Origin: Burkholderiaceae bacterium
Lineage (GTDB): Bacteria; Pseudomonadota; Gammaproteobacteria; Burkholderiales; Burkholderiaceae_C
DNA: 64,000 nt
Assembly (NCBI GenBank): GCA_030654805.1
Contig: JAURWR010000127.1
Span: 26,944-90,943 of the forward strand
Direction: 5' to 3'
Shown here: piece by piece, positions 1 through 9,500 of the stretch
How positions within the stretch are numbered: the stretch's first letter is position 1
Layout of the letters: every line of letters starts with the position of its first letter
The notes under the pieces: generated by a model
Told to the model about the DNA's origin: nothing
The model's input: only the letters and a program-made list of their open reading frames with translations
Database searches by the model: none
Position numbers and translations under genes: made by a program

Positions 1-46
1 TCAGGCGAGTCCATGGGGCCTTCGACCCATGAAGGACTGCGGATGA
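1..46 (+). CDS. ccmC: CcmC heme exporter, C-terminal fragment (partial at window edge)
   Basis: Frame open from the window edge ends at TGA 44-46, overlapping the ccmD ATG (ATGA). Assigned only by its position upstream of ccmDEFGHI. Confidence 0.3.
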   Translation, partial: QASPWGLRPMKDCG

Positions 47-225
47 TCTGGAACAACTGGGCCGAGTTTGTGGCCATGGGCGGCTACGGGCTCTACGTGT
101 GGGGTTCGTTCGGTGTCACCGCGGCCGTGATCGCCGCCGAGATCTGGGCGGTTGCCGCGCGCCGGCGTGCACTGACCCGACACCAACAAAGCGCCAATGG
201 CGTCGACCTGGGAGAGACTTCATGA
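43..225 (+). CDS. ccmD: heme exporter protein CcmD
   Basis: ATG at 43 preceded by GAAGGA. The small single-TM protein [24 protein letters not shown] is typical of CcmD. Sits directly upstream of ccmE with a 4-nt overlap. Confidence 0.8.
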   Translation: MIWNNWAEFVAMGGYGLYVWGSFGVTAAVIAAEIWAVAARRRALTRHQQSANGVDLGETS

Positions 226-710
226 AACCCAGAACCAAGCGAGGCTTGGCCATCGTCGTCGGTCTGGCCACCCTCGGCATTGCCAGCGCACTGGTGCTCA
301 ACGCGTTCAAGAGCAACATGGTGTTCTTCTTCAGTCCGTCGCAGGTCGCGGCCGACGAGGCGCCTCGTGAGCGCAACTTCCGCATCGGCGGGCTGGTCGA
401 GCAAGGCAGCATCGTGCGAGACGACAAGACACTGCAGGTCCGCTTCGTGGTGACCGATCTGGCGAAGAACGTTCCGGTGACCTACACCGGCTTGCTGCCC
501 GATCTGTTCCGCGAAGGAAAGGGGGTCGTCGCCCAGGGCAAGATGGGCCCCGATGGCGTGTTCCACGCCGAACAAGTACTGGCCAAACACGATGAGAACT
601 ACATGCCTCCCGAAGCCGCCGACGCATTGGCCAAGGCACGCAAGGGCGACATGCCCGGCGGCACGATGACCACTTCGGTCGACTCGAAGAACCCCGGAGC
701 CCGGCCATGA
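222..710 (+). CDS. ccmE: cytochrome c-type biogenesis heme chaperone CcmE
   Basis: Internal ATG of track ORF 99..710. N-terminal TM anchor [15 protein letters not shown] and the conserved heme-binding motif [12 protein letters not shown]. Confidence 0.95.
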   Translation: MKPRTKRGLAIVVGLATLGIASALVLNAFKSNMVFFFSPSQVAADEAPRERNFRIGGLVEQGSIVRDDKTLQVRFVVTDLAKNVPVTYTGLLPDLFREGKGVVAQGKMGPDGVFHAEQVLAKHDENYMPPEAADALAKARKGDMPGGTMTTSVDSKNPGARP

Positions 711-2740
711 TTCCTGAACTGGGGCACGTGGCCCTGATCCTGGCGCTGTCGATGGCGCTTGCGCAAAGCGTGCTGCCGCTGATCGGCGCACAGACCGGCA
801 ATGCGGCATGGATGTCGCTGGCCCGGCCCTCGGCTCGCGGGCAGTTCATCTTTGTCGTGATCGCCTACGGGTGCCTGACGTATGCGTTCGTCAACAACGA
901 CTTCTCGGTGCTGCTGGCCGCCGAACATTCCAATTCGTCACTGCCGTTGATCTACCGTTTCACTGCGGTGTGGGGCAACCATGAAGGCTCGATCCTGCTG
1001 TGGTCGATGATCTTGTCGGGCTGGACGCTCGCCGTCTCGATCTTCTCGAAGCGGCTCGACGACGTGACCGTCGCCCGCGTGCTCGGCGTGATGGGGCTGG
1101 TGAGTTGCGGCTTCATGCTGTTCACGCTGTTCACCTCGAACCCGTTCGACCGGCTGCTGCCCGCCGCGCCGGACGGCCGCGACCTGAACCCGCTGCTGCA
1201 GGACCCCGGCATGGTGATCCACCCACCGATGCTCTACATGGGCTACGTCGGCTTCGTGGTGGCGTTCGCGTTCGCCATCGCGGCACTGCTGTCGGGCCGG
1301 CTCGATGCCTCCTGGGCGCGCTGGTCGCGGCCCTGGACGACGGTGGCCTGGTGCTTCCTGACCTGCGGCATCGCGCTCGGCAGTTTCTGGGCCTACTACG
1401 AACTGGGCTGGGGCGGCTGGTGGTTCTGGGATCCGGTCGAGAACGCCTCGTTCATGCCCTGGCTGGTCGGCACCGCGCTGATGCATTCGCTGGCCGTCAC
1501 CGAGAAGCGCGGCGGCTTCAAGATGTGGACTGCGCTGCTCGCGATCCTGGCGTTTTCGCTCTCGCTGCTCGGCACCTTCATCGTCCGCTCGGGGGTGCTC
1601 AGTTCGGTGCACGCGTTCGCGTCCGACCCGGCGCGCGGCATCTTCATCCTGTCATTCCTCGTCGTCGTGATCGGCGGCTCGCTGCTGCTGTTCGCATGGC
1701 GCGCACCGAAGGTCGGCCTGGGCGGCAGCTTCGATCTGGTGTCGCGTGAATCGATGCTGCTCGCCAACAACGTGCTGCTCGTGGTGGCCGCTGCGGCGGT
1801 GCTGCTGGGCACGCTGTACCCGCTGGTGCTCGACGCGTTGAACATGGGCAAGATTTCGGTCGGCCCTCCGTACTTCGTCTCGGTGTTCGTGCCGCTGATG
1901 GCGCCGGCGCTCTTCCTCATGGGGGTCGGTCCGATGGCCCGCTGGCGGCAGGCCGGGGTCATCGACCTCGCACGCAAGCTGCACTGGGCCTTCGGTGTCA
2001 GCGCGGCGTCGGCGGTGATCGCGCCGTTCGCGCTCGGCCACTGGACACCGATGATCGGCTTCGGTTTGCTGCTGTCCGCGTGGATCGCCAGCACCGCAGC
2101 GCTCAACCTCGTGACACGGCTGAGCGAGTCCAAGGCCGATTACCTCGGCGGGCGCTTCCTGGCGCAATCGGGCAGCTACTACGGCATGCTGCTGGCGCAC
2201 CTGGGCGTGTCGGTGTTCATCCTGGGCGTCACCGTGGTGAGCGGGTACCAGAGCGAAAGCGACGTGCGCATGCAGGTCGGCGAAACCACGACTGCCGGGG
2301 GATACACCTTCACGATGCAGGGCGTACGAGAAGTCAAGGGACCCAACTACATCGCAGCGCAGGCGTCGATCGCGGTCACCCACGACGGTCAAACCGTGAC
2401 CACGCTGTGGCCCGAGCGCCGCATCTACAACGTGACGCGTTCGCCGATGACCGAGGTCGCGATCGATCGCAATCTGGCGCGTGACCTGTACGTTGCCCTC
2501 GGCGAGCCGGTCAGCCCGACCGCCTGGAGCGTGCGAGTGCATCACAAGCCGCTGGTCAACCTGATCTGGCTGGGCTGCCTGCTGATGGCGGGCGGCGGGT
2601 TCCTGGCCGTGCTGGATCGGCGTTACCGCGTGCGGCGCACCTCGCAGGTGGTCGCGCCGGTGGCAACGGGCTCGGCCGGACTTCCGCCGCGTCCCCTGTC
2701 CCTCATCGGCACGATCGTTCGAAAGCTCCGAACCCGATGA
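707..2740 (+). CDS. ccmF: cytochrome c heme lyase subunit CcmF
   Basis: 677-aa polytopic membrane protein with the [19 protein letters not shown] tryptophan-rich motif. ATGA overlap with ccmE. Confidence 0.97.
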   Translation: MIPELGHVALILALSMALAQSVLPLIGAQTGNAAWMSLARPSARGQFIFVVIAYGCLTYAFVNNDFSVLLAAEHSNSSLPLIYRFTAVWGNHEGSILLWSMILSGWTLAVSIFSKRLDDVTVARVLGVMGLVSCGFMLFTLFTSNPFDRLLPAAPDGRDLNPLLQDPGMVIHPPMLYMGYVGFVVAFAFAIAALLSGRLDASWARWSRPWTTVAWCFLTCGIALGSFWAYYELGWGGWWFWDPVENASFMPWLVGTALMHSLAVTEKRGGFKMWTALLAILAFSLSLLGTFIVRSGVLSSVHAFASDPARGIFILSFLVVVIGGSLLLFAWRAPKVGLGGSFDLVSRESMLLANNVLLVVAAAAVLLGTLYPLVLDALNMGKISVGPPYFVSVFVPLMAPALFLMGVGPMARWRQAGVIDLARKLHWAFGVSAASAVIAPFALGHWTPMIGFGLLLSAWIASTAALNLVTRLSESKADYLGGRFLAQSGSYYGMLLAHLGVSVFILGVTVVSGYQSESDVRMQVGETTTAGGYTFTMQGVREVKGPNYIAAQASIAVTHDGQTVTTLWPERRIYNVTRSPMTEVAIDRNLARDLYVALGEPVSPTAWSVRVHHKPLVNLIWLGCLLMAGGGFLAVLDRRYRVRRTSQVVAPVATGSAGLPPRPLSLIGTIVRKLRTR

Positions 2741-3264
2741 AACGCTATCTGCTTCCTCTGCTGGTGTTCGTGTTGCTGGTGGGCTTTCTCGCGATCGGCC
2801 TGAAGCGCGATCCCCGCGAAGTGCCCTCACCGCTGATAGACAAGCCCGCACCCACCTTCAGCCTGCCGCAACTGGACGCACCCGACCAGCAAGTCGCGGC
2901 CAAGGACCTGCTGGGCCAGGTCTGGCTGCTCAATGTCTGGGCCTCGTGGTGCGTGGCGTGCCGGCAGGAGCATCCGCTGCTGGTCGACCTGTCGAAGACC
3001 GGTCAGGTCAAGCTCTACGGGCTGAACTACAAGGACAAGCGCGAGGACGCGCTCGGCTGGCTGCAGAAGTTCGGCAACCCGTACCTGAAGTCGATGTCCG
3101 ACACCGAGGGACTGGTCGGCATCGACTACGGCGTCTACGGCGTGCCGGAGACCTTCGTCATCGACAAGCAGGGCGTCATTCGATACAAGCAGATCGGTCC
3201 GGTGACACCGGAAGCGCTGCGCGACACGCTGCTGCCGCTGGTGGCGAAGCTGGAAAAATCGTGA
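2737..3264 (+). CDS. ccmG: thiol:disulfide oxidoreductase CcmG/DsbE
   Basis: Signal anchor plus thioredoxin fold with WASWCVACRQEHP (CxxC) and GVYGVPETFVID. ATGA overlap with ccmF. Confidence 0.95.
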   Translation: MKRYLLPLLVFVLLVGFLAIGLKRDPREVPSPLIDKPAPTFSLPQLDAPDQQVAAKDLLGQVWLLNVWASWCVACRQEHPLLVDLSKTGQVKLYGLNYKDKREDALGWLQKFGNPYLKSMSDTEGLVGIDYGVYGVPETFVIDKQGVIRYKQIGPVTPEALRDTLLPLVAKLEKS

Positions 3265-3752
3265 GGCGAATCTGGTTGATTGCGCTGGTCTTGGTCAGCG
3301 CCACTTGCAGCGTGCGGGCTGCTCCGGATGCCAGCCCGGCGCCCCATGAGGCCGCCAACAGCGCGGCCGATCCTGCCCTTGAAGCACGGGTGATGAAGGT
3401 CGCCGAAGAGCTGCGCTGCCTGGTCTGCCAGAACGAGACCATCGCCGCGTCGCACGCCGATCTGGCGGTCGACCTGCGCAAGCAGATCCGCATCCAGCTC
3501 AGTCAAGGCCAATCCGAACGCCAGATCCTCGACTTCATGGTCGAGCGCTACGGCGACTTCGTGCTGTACCGCCCTGCCCTCAAGGCCACCACCGTGCTGC
3601 TGTGGGTCGGGCCCTTTGCGCTGCTGCTGGTCGCCGGATTCGCGCTGGCGCGTGCCATACGTGGTCGCCAGCGACAAGCCGCCACCCCGCTCAGCCCCAC
3701 CGATGCCGCCCGCGCGCGGCAGCTACTCGACGAAACACCTTCCGGCTCATGA
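3261..3752 (+). CDS. ccmH: cytochrome c-type biogenesis protein CcmH
   Basis: GTG at 3261 overlaps the ccmG stop. Signal peptide, LRCLVCQNETI motif and a C-terminal TM segment. The upstream part of track ORF 2946..3752 overlaps ccmG and is rejected. Confidence 0.9.
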   Translation: MRRIWLIALVLVSATCSVRAAPDASPAPHEAANSAADPALEARVMKVAEELRCLVCQNETIAASHADLAVDLRKQIRIQLSQGQSERQILDFMVERYGDFVLYRPALKATTVLLWVGPFALLLVAGFALARAIRGRQRQAATPLSPTDAARARQLLDETPSGS

Positions 3753-5053
3753 CAATTTTCTGGATCCTGGTCGCCGCACTGACCCTGCTGGCGCTGACCC
3801 TCGTGTTGCCGGGTCTGATCAAGAGGCGTCCCGTCGCCGACTCGGTCAACGCTGCATCCGCCCGCCTGTCGACGATCGCGATCCTGCGCGATCAGAAGGC
3901 GCAACTCGACGCCGAACTGGCGGCCGGCACCCTCGATGCCGAGCAACACCGCGTCGGTCGCGAGGAGATCGAACGCCGCGTCCTCGATGAAACCGACGGC
4001 ACATCGGGCAGCCTCGACTCTGCTGCGAGCAGTGCGCAAGCCACCGCTCCGCGCGCCTGGAAGACTGCCTTGCTGCTGGCGCTGGGCATGCCACTGCTGG
4101 CCATCGGCATCTACGGCCGTCTGGGCGCACCGCAGGCCCTCGACACGCCACCCGCCGAGGTGGCGACAGGTGGCACCGGTGAAGTCACCCCGGAGCAGGT
4201 CGAAAAGCTCGTCAAGACACTGGCCGAGCGCATGGAGGCGATGCCCGACGACGTGCAGGGCTGGACCCTGCTGGCACGGACCTATGCCACGATGCAACGC
4301 TTCCCCGAGGCCGACAAGGCCTACGCCCGCGCCACCGTGCTGGCGCCACAGAATGCCCAGTTGCTGATCGATCACGCCGATGTGCGTGCCATGCTGCAAG
4401 GGCAGCGGCTGGCCGGGGAGCCAGCCCGGATGATCGCCAGGGCACTCGAACTCGATCCGAAGAACGTGAAGGGGCTGGCCCTCGCCGGGGGCATGGCGTA
4501 CGAGGCCGGCGACAACGCGCAAGCCATCCACTACTGGAAACTGGCGCGCGAGTTGACGCCCCCGGGCAGCGAGTTCGCCGACAACCTGACCAAGGGAATC
4601 GAGCAGGCGCAGGCTGCGACCGCGTCTTCAGCACCCGTCGCAGCGTCTGCGGATGCCTCGGCTTCGACCGGCAGCTCGGCCGCCGCGCCTTCGGCCAACG
4701 CCGGTGCTGCCGCGCGGGTTGCCGGACAAGTGAGCCTGTCGCCTGCCCTGGCATCGAAGGCCGCACCGACCGACACGGTGTTCATCTTCGCGCGTGCTGC
4801 CGAAGGTCCGCGCATGCCGCTGGCGATCGTCCGCCGAACCGTGGCCGACCTCCCGATCACCTTCACGCTGGACGACACGATGGCGATGTCGCCGGAAATG
4901 AAGCTGTCGAAATTCCCGGTGGTCGTGGTCGGGGCGCGGGTATCCAGGTCGGGCAATGCGATGCCGAGCCCGGGCGACCTGTCCGGTCAACTCAATTCGG
5001 TCACGACGGGAACCGAAGGACTCCAGATCGTCATCGACACAGTGCAGCCCTGA
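3749..5053 (+). CDS. ccmI: cytochrome c-type biogenesis protein CcmI (TM + TPR)
   Basis: ATG at 3749 overlaps the ccmH stop. N-terminal TM MTIFWILVAALTLLALTLVL, then a TPR-like region (GWTLLARTYATMQRFPEADKAYARA) and an Ala/Ser-rich linker. Confidence 0.85.
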   Translation: MTIFWILVAALTLLALTLVLPGLIKRRPVADSVNAASARLSTIAILRDQKAQLDAELAAGTLDAEQHRVGREEIERRVLDETDGTSGSLDSAASSAQATAPRAWKTALLLALGMPLLAIGIYGRLGAPQALDTPPAEVATGGTGEVTPEQVEKLVKTLAERMEAMPDDVQGWTLLARTYATMQRFPEADKAYARATVLAPQNAQLLIDHADVRAMLQGQRLAGEPARMIARALELDPKNVKGLALAGGMAYEAGDNAQAIHYWKLARELTPPGSEFADNLTKGIEQAQAATASSAPVAASADASASTGSSAAAPSANAGAAARVAGQVSLSPALASKAAPTDTVFIFARAAEGPRMPLAIVRRTVADLPITFTLDDTMAMSPEMKLSKFPVVVVGARVSRSGNAMPSPGDLSGQLNSVTTGTEGLQIVIDTVQP

Positions 5054-5119
5054 CAGATCGCGGCGTTTGCCGCATCCAGACACCACGCGTTCGCAGCCCG
5101 CAGCGCCACGATTCGGATC

Positions 5120-5132
5120 GGGGTCGCACCCC
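5120..5132. terminator. short GC hairpin between convergent ccmI and DUF3422 genes (possible weak terminator)
   Basis: GGGGT-CGC-ACCCC followed by TTTA on the + strand. Lies immediately beside the DUF3422 stop codon. Confidence 0.3.
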
Positions 5133-5133
5133 T

Positions 5134-6444
5134 TTACAGCTCGCGCGCCGGCGGCTGCCCCGCCTCGGCCGCAGCGATGTGATGCTTGGCCCGGCGAATC
5201 GTCCACAGGGCTCCCAGCGCGACCAGCGGAATCGCGATGCCGACCACCAGATCGGGCTCGACGTGCAATCCCCCGGCCTTCAGCCCTTTCGAGACATAGC
5301 CGATCAGACCGGCGACGTAATAGACGATGGCTGCGACCGACAGGCCTTCCACCGTCTGCTGCAAGCGCAACTGCAATTTGGCGCGACGATCCATCGACGC
5401 CAGCAGCGCCTGGTTCTGGCGCTCGCGCGTGATGTCGACGCGCGTCGACAGTAACGCGCTGGTCTGCGCGACGCGCTCCGACAGATCGTGCAGGCGCTGC
5501 GACACCGTCGTGCAGGTCGCGACGGCGGGCGTGAATCGGCGCGCCATGAATTCCTCGATCGTCTGGATGCCTGGCAGGCGCTGCTCGCGCAATTCGGCGA
5601 TGCGCGTGGTCACCAGTTCGAAATAGGCTCGGCAGGCACCGAAACGGAACTGGCTGGATGCCAGTCCGCTCTCGACCTCGGCGGCCAGTCGTGTCAGCTC
5701 CTGCAGCAGCGACTCGTCGTCGCTGCGCTGATCCTGCGCGATGCTGTCGGTCAGCGCAGCCAGCGCACCCTCGATACCCACGATCCGCGGCGACTGGCGC
5801 CGGGCGATCGGCAGCGCCAGCAGCGCGAGCATTCGGTAGACCTCGATCTCGAACAGTCGCTGCAAGGTGCGCCCCGCCTGGCGCGGCGTCAGGCTGCGGT
5901 CGAACACGACAAAGCGCGCATACCCGTCCGCATGAACCCGAAAGTCGGTGAATGCGAAGCCGGAACCATCGCCGATCTCGGCGCCGACCGCGATGTTTCC
6001 GTCGAAGTGATGGGCAAGCAGCGTCGCCTCGGGCGGGCTCTCGGCGGCTGCAAGCAGCGTGGCATGCGCGGCAACGATCGTCGAGCCGGGTATCTGCTCG
6101 AGCCAGCCTTCAGGCAGCCGCGAGACCGCTGTCTCCTGGAAGGGACCACCGCCGCTGCCGGTGAGGCAGAAGGTGTAGCCGGAAAACTCGCCGTGTCGCT
6201 CCCACTTGAAGCGCAGCGTGTCGAGACCCGTGCTGAAGTGCGTCGAACCCGGCTTGGGCGGCGGCACGCCATACAGCGCGCAGAGTGCTTCGATGTGAGC
6301 CAGCTCCTGCTTGCGAGCTTCGACATCGAACAGCACCGCGACGTAAGTCGCCCGGGCCGGTGTGTCGAGCGGCTCGGGGGGGCGGGCATGGACCTCGCTG
6401 GCGAGTTGCAGTCGGTCGGGGTGATCGGGCGGAAGCACGGCCAT
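5134..6444 (-). CDS. DUF3422 family membrane-anchored protein
   Basis: 436 aa. The N-terminus HPDRLQLASEVHARPPEPL and FKWERHGEFSGYTF match my memory of DUF3422. Two C-terminal TM helices (VAAIVYYVAGLIGYV, VVGIAIPLVALGALW). Confidence 0.8.
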   Translation of the reverse strand: MAVLPPDHPDRLQLASEVHARPPEPLDTPARATYVAVLFDVEARKQELAHIEALCALYGVPPPKPGSTHFSTGLDTLRFKWERHGEFSGYTFCLTGSGGGPFQETAVSRLPEGWLEQIPGSTIVAAHATLLAAAESPPEATLLAHHFDGNIAVGAEIGDGSGFAFTDFRVHADGYARFVVFDRSLTPRQAGRTLQRLFEIEVYRMLALLALPIARRQSPRIVGIEGALAALTDSIAQDQRSDDESLLQELTRLAAEVESGLASSQFRFGACRAYFELVTTRIAELREQRLPGIQTIEEFMARRFTPAVATCTTVSQRLHDLSERVAQTSALLSTRVDITRERQNQALLASMDRRAKLQLRLQQTVEGLSVAAIVYYVAGLIGYVSKGLKAGGLHVEPDLVVGIAIPLVALGALWTIRRAKHHIAAAEAGQPPAREL

Positions 6445-6553
6445 GAGTTGCTTTCAGTGGGTGCCGGGAGCGATGGTCTGGCGCGCATCAGTATGCCGCC
6501 GTGCTGAAGTGCCAGCCGCATCCATCACCGACACCGAGCCGACAGACTGTTCA

Positions 6554-6573
6554 GCCGGGGTTGAAGCCCCGGC
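6554..6573 (-). terminator. GC stem-loop just downstream of the giant ORF stop (no U-tract; possible attenuator or processing site)
   Basis: GCCGGGG-TTGAAG-CCCCGGC, 11 nt past the stop at 6584-6586, inside the 139-bp spacer before the DUF3422 gene. Confidence 0.3.
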
Positions 6574-6583
6574 CGATGAAGCG

Positions 6584-9500
6584 TCAGGCCCCTGCGTCGA
6601 TGTAGGCCTGGACATGCGAAATCAGACCGAGTGCTGCCTCGCGCTCCGTGGCCACACCGCTGGACAACGCGCCCTCCAGAACGAAATCCAGCTGATCGAG
6701 TATCGATTTCCACTTCGGAATGCTCGGCATGCGGACCTGCAACACGTCGTAGTCCCGCTCGATGGCGGCGCGCTGTTCTGCCAGCGAGCCCTGTGCGATG
6801 GCCTCGTACATGCGCAGACCCGTCAGGCCGACCACGCTCCAGAAATCCGGGTCGTCGCGCGTCTTGACGACGAGGGCCTGACGCACCGAGGCAAGCCGAT
6901 CGGCATCGAGTGGCGCGCTCCGGGTCCGACCCGCCGGTTGGCCTTTCGTGTGCAAGCTGCCGAGCGCCACTTCGGCCGCCAGTCGGTTCAGCGCCGGGTA
7001 GTACCAGTCGAGCAGACCCGCATCGCGGCCCAGCCGCTCCGCTTCTGAATAGGAGGCGAGCATCAGGCGCAGCGCCTGCTGCTCGGCCGCGCGGTCGATC
7101 GCAGCGTCGCCCGAGGCACGCTCGATCATCGCCAGCCGCTTGTAGGCCGAGCCGCACAGACTGTGGCGCTCCATCGTGGGCTGCAGGGACACCAGTTGGT
7201 TCAGCAGTTGCAGCGCGCAGCCGATCTCGGTGCGTGCGGTCGGGATGATGTTGGCGAGGTGCGCCCTGGCGGCTTTCTCGGCCGCGCCCTGACCTTTCAC
7301 CTTGCGGAACCGATGCCATGCGGTGACCGCCGGGTCCACGTGCCGCCATGCCTGCTGCACGCGCAGGTTGCCCCACTGCTCGCTGGCCTTGATCGAGGCG
7401 CTGCTGTCGTTGGCCGCCAGCGCTCGCTCGTACCAGGCGATGGCGCTGTCGGCATCGCCGGCCGCATTCCACGCGACGCCAAAGGCCTCGGCGACGGCAC
7501 CGATACCGCCCCAGCGGGGCGCGAACTCGGCTTCGAGGTGGCGGATCCTGGCGCGCTGGATTTCGCTGTTGCGCCCCTGATGCTCGGATTCGATCGCCAG
7601 CGTTTCCAATGCCAGCGCCAACGCCGGTGCGGACATCACGCCCGCGTACTCGTCGGCCAGCGAGGGCGCCGGCCGCTGCGGTGCGCCGTCGGCCGATTTG
7701 AGCTGCCAGTCGGGGTCGCCGTAGCACTGGTAGGCCGCCCAGGTGTTGCTGTCCGGTGCATAGGCAGCAAGACGCGCCTGCGCCACCGCATCGATGAAGC
7801 GGGCGCCCCGCAGCAGCGCACCGTAGAACCCGGTGGCGAACTTCAGCGCCGGTTCGTCCTCGACCGCCCAGCCGGCCGCGACGACGCAGCGCACACCGAT
7901 CTCGATCAACGCTTCGGCGACACCGCTGGCAAACCGCGCGCGGTCGAAGTGCGACTCGACATCCATCACCTGCCCGGGGCTGCGCGCCGCCAGGTGGCAG
8001 CAGTTGACGAAGACCAGCTCGGGCACGATGCGCATGCTGCGGATCTCGCACGGGCCGAGGAAGGTGCCCTTCGACAGCACGACACCACGCGCGTTCTTGA
8101 GTCGCGAGCGGGCGGCCTCGGAGGTCGAGTTGGCCTCGGCGTCCCAGGAGTCCGCATCGACGTCCTCTGGCGCTTCGCCGTGCCCTGCGATGTGGACGAT
8201 GCGCCAGTTGCGCGACATCAATTCGTTGATGATCGTCCGGGCGCCGGGACCCGGTGAGTCAGCGTCGGCTCCGAACAGTCCGACCACCTGACCGTCGAGC
8301 ACACCGCCCTGCTTGAGCAGCAGGTCGTGCACCGCCCTCGCCTCGGCGCGAGCACCGGGCAGCGGGGGGTACTTCGCCGCATCGCACTGCGGCTCGCCGA
8401 TCACCAGCATGTGTGCATCGGGCCGCGCGTCGACGACGCCTCGCCGGTACGCCACCGTGGTCAGCGTGCGGATCAGCTTGGCGCGGATGGCCCACGGGAT
8501 CGAGCTCTCGCGAGGGCGAGCGCCCGGGCCTTGCGCATCGGTGTCGGTGTCCAGCAGTTCCCAGGGAATGCCGGAGGTGGCCCGATCGACCTGCAGCAGC
8601 ATCTCGGTCGTGCCGCCGAGAAACGGTTCGAGCTCCAGCGGCACGAGCAGGTTGAACAGCGTGCGGCCGATGCGGGCGTCCTGGTTGCTGTCGCTCGACG
8701 CCTGGGCCACCAGGTCGCGCAGCAAGCGCTCCTGCACCGGCTGCTCCAGTCGTTCGGTGCGCGCTCGCTTTTTGGTATCGACGGTGTATTCGATCACCGC
8801 TTCGCCGGTCGGTCGCAGCGCCACCGTAGCACGGATGTAGTCGTTGCCGGTGCCCCGGTAACCGCCCTCGAGCGGACGCCGCATCGCCCCGATACCGGAC
8901 TGGATCGTGTCGCTCAAGCGATAGCGGCCCGGCGACGCCTGCGCCTGCGCGTACAGCGCCCGCCAGGCCTCGCTGGCGCGATCGAGGTACAGCTCGATCA
9001 GGTGCACGTGCCCGATGCGCGGCCAGCGACGCCGGTCGGCGCCGCTTCGTGCATCCAGCCGGGCGTTGAGTTCGCCCAGCGCGACATCGGCGTCACGCAC
9101 GCCCTGCACGATCGCCTGTGCTGCCTGCCCCGCACTGATGCCGGCACCGCCGCTGCCGATCAGCGTGGCGGCCAGCTCGCAGGTGGTGATGCCATCGCTC
9201 GGTTGTTCGAAGATGCGCTGCGCCAGCGCCAGCGCACCCATCTGCACCGTGTACGCCAGCTCGCTCGGGCGCAGGTTGCCTTCGCCCCCGAGCCCGGTGA
9301 CCACCACGCATTCGGGCCGAGGCAGCTGCAACGGGTTGCCGTTGTGGGCCCCGCTGTTGGCGAAGAACTGGTGGGTTCCCGGCAGATCGGGGTACTGCCG
9401 CAGCGCCAGCGACTCGGACATCGTGCCGCCGATCAGCCGGTCGACCACGGCCTCGGTGCCGGTGAGGTGCGATGAGTTGTAGTGACCGAGCATCAGCGGA

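Noticed and set aside
6525-8257. 508-aa (-) and 364-aa (+) ORFs overlapping the 3' part of the giant gene
   Set aside because: These are alternate-frame or antisense ORFs within a region whose main frame encodes a coherent CHAT and helical-repeat sequence. Their products are Arg/Gly/Ala low complexity.
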